Source: the human T2T-CHM13v2.0 reference genome, Homo sapiens
Direction: 5' to 3' (one strand)
NCBI RefSeq assembly: GCF_009914755.1
Contig: NC_060936.1
DNA: 64,000 bases
Shown: piece after piece, positions 62,841 through 64,000 of the stretch
Layout: every line of letters begins with the position of its first letter
How positions within the stretch are numbered: the stretch's first letter is position 1
The notes under the pieces: model-generated
The model's database searches: none
Told to the model about the DNA's origin: nothing
The model's input: the letters and a program-made list of their open reading frames with translations, nothing else
Translations under genes and position numbers: made by a program

Positions 62841-64000
62841 TTACATATGTGATTGGCACAGACACTAAAGGGAAGGGCACTAAGAAATTGTTATGCACAT
62901 AGGGCATCTAAGGAAAGATGAACAAAAGAAGTTTTAAAAATGCTAAAATGATCAAACGGGCAATCCACCCCGCCCAGTGTTCGGAGGTTGCAAGGCAGGG
63001 ATAACCCCCGGTTGGGGATGGGGGATGGGGCAAGCGTGCAAGCATCAACTGTTGCTCCGTATGAATAAAATTGCATTGACTTTACAGACATCCTCTCACT
63101 TCTGGATACAGTTAGGCTGTTCAGAGACAACTGTGGGGATTGAAGAACTTGATTAAATCTAATAAGTATTTATTGAGCACCAACAATAGTGGGGTCAAGA
63201 AATAATGGAAGACATTGTTGCATTCTGGGCAGCAGGAAGAAGGTTTCGTGGAGGGGATGGCCATAATGCCACCACGGTTGTGATTCAGATATGAGATGGT
63301 GACAGCACAAAAGAGAGCCAAGAGGAAAACACGAGACACATTTCAAAGGAAAAATCCATACGACTTAGTGATTGGTTAGATGGAGGGCATTATTAGACAT
63401 TCCCTGGGGGCAGAGTCTGTGCCCTTGACATGCCACAATGGTTAATGTGGTACCTACCATGTTTGTAGCCAATGTGCTTTGAATGAAATTGAGTTAAAGA
63501 TGATTGTTATGCTGGGAGAAATGTGGTACTATTAATAAGATTACAGGGTAAAGACATAATGGTAGTGATTTTTTTTTATTTTTTTAAAGGAAGATTATGG
63601 GCCTCATTTTGAAAAAAAAAACACTTAAGGTAATGATGGTCATCCAACATTAATTATCTAGCTAGCTGACTGAAATTCTGGGGAGTGCTTGAAAAGCATT
63701 CCTGTATTCAGTGAGTATTTCTTTATTTCTTTAGTTTTGAAACTCCCAAAGAATTGATTCTGTTTTCTACTAACTTTTTTTTTTGTTCTGTCTTTGCTTC
63801 ACTCTTTCAAAAGCAGTTGGAAGGCTCTCAGTTAGTATCCAAATTAATGTTGTCCATACAAATTGCCTGAATTTGGAGTAATGACAGCCACTCATAATGG
63901 GGGATATTTTTGAAATATCCTAATGAGATTGTCTCTGTTATATTTTCTTTATTTTTCCAGAAGCACTCATTTGCCTTGAGAAGATTTAGGAACATTATAG

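Noticed and set aside
63902-63920. 8-bp stem hairpins (also ~31403-31424)
   Set aside because: Short enough to be expected by chance in 64 kb.

Overview
Human (primate) genomic DNA, recognisable as the 12p12.1 BHLHE41 (DEC2/SHARP1) locus. The only protein-coding sequence I can support is the complete five-exon BHLHE41 gene on the minus strand (CDS 19334->16621; 62+64+108+112+1103 = 1449 nt = 482 aa + stop; all introns GT-AG). It carries Val at codon 298 and the common residues at the short-sleep sites (Y362, P384). CpG islands cover exon 5 and the promoter. A third, apparently orphan, E-box-rich CpG island lies about 5.5 kb past the 3' end. The rest is repeat-rich non-coding DNA (Alu, L1, L2, MIR, MaLR LTRs, hAT and Tigger-family MERs); from memory, the part right of the gene is intron of a long upstream SSPN transcript. 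I see no new gene system. The best leads are regulatory or structural: a downstream E-box island and D-box/octamer module that could form a 3' clock-control region, a perfect 38-bp duplication just after the stop codon, a stop-free in-frame 5'UTR, a tandem GTAAGT donor, two near-perfect hairpins, and a small TSD-flanked antisense-L1 retrocopy. Repeat family names and boundaries were assigned by eye and are approximate.
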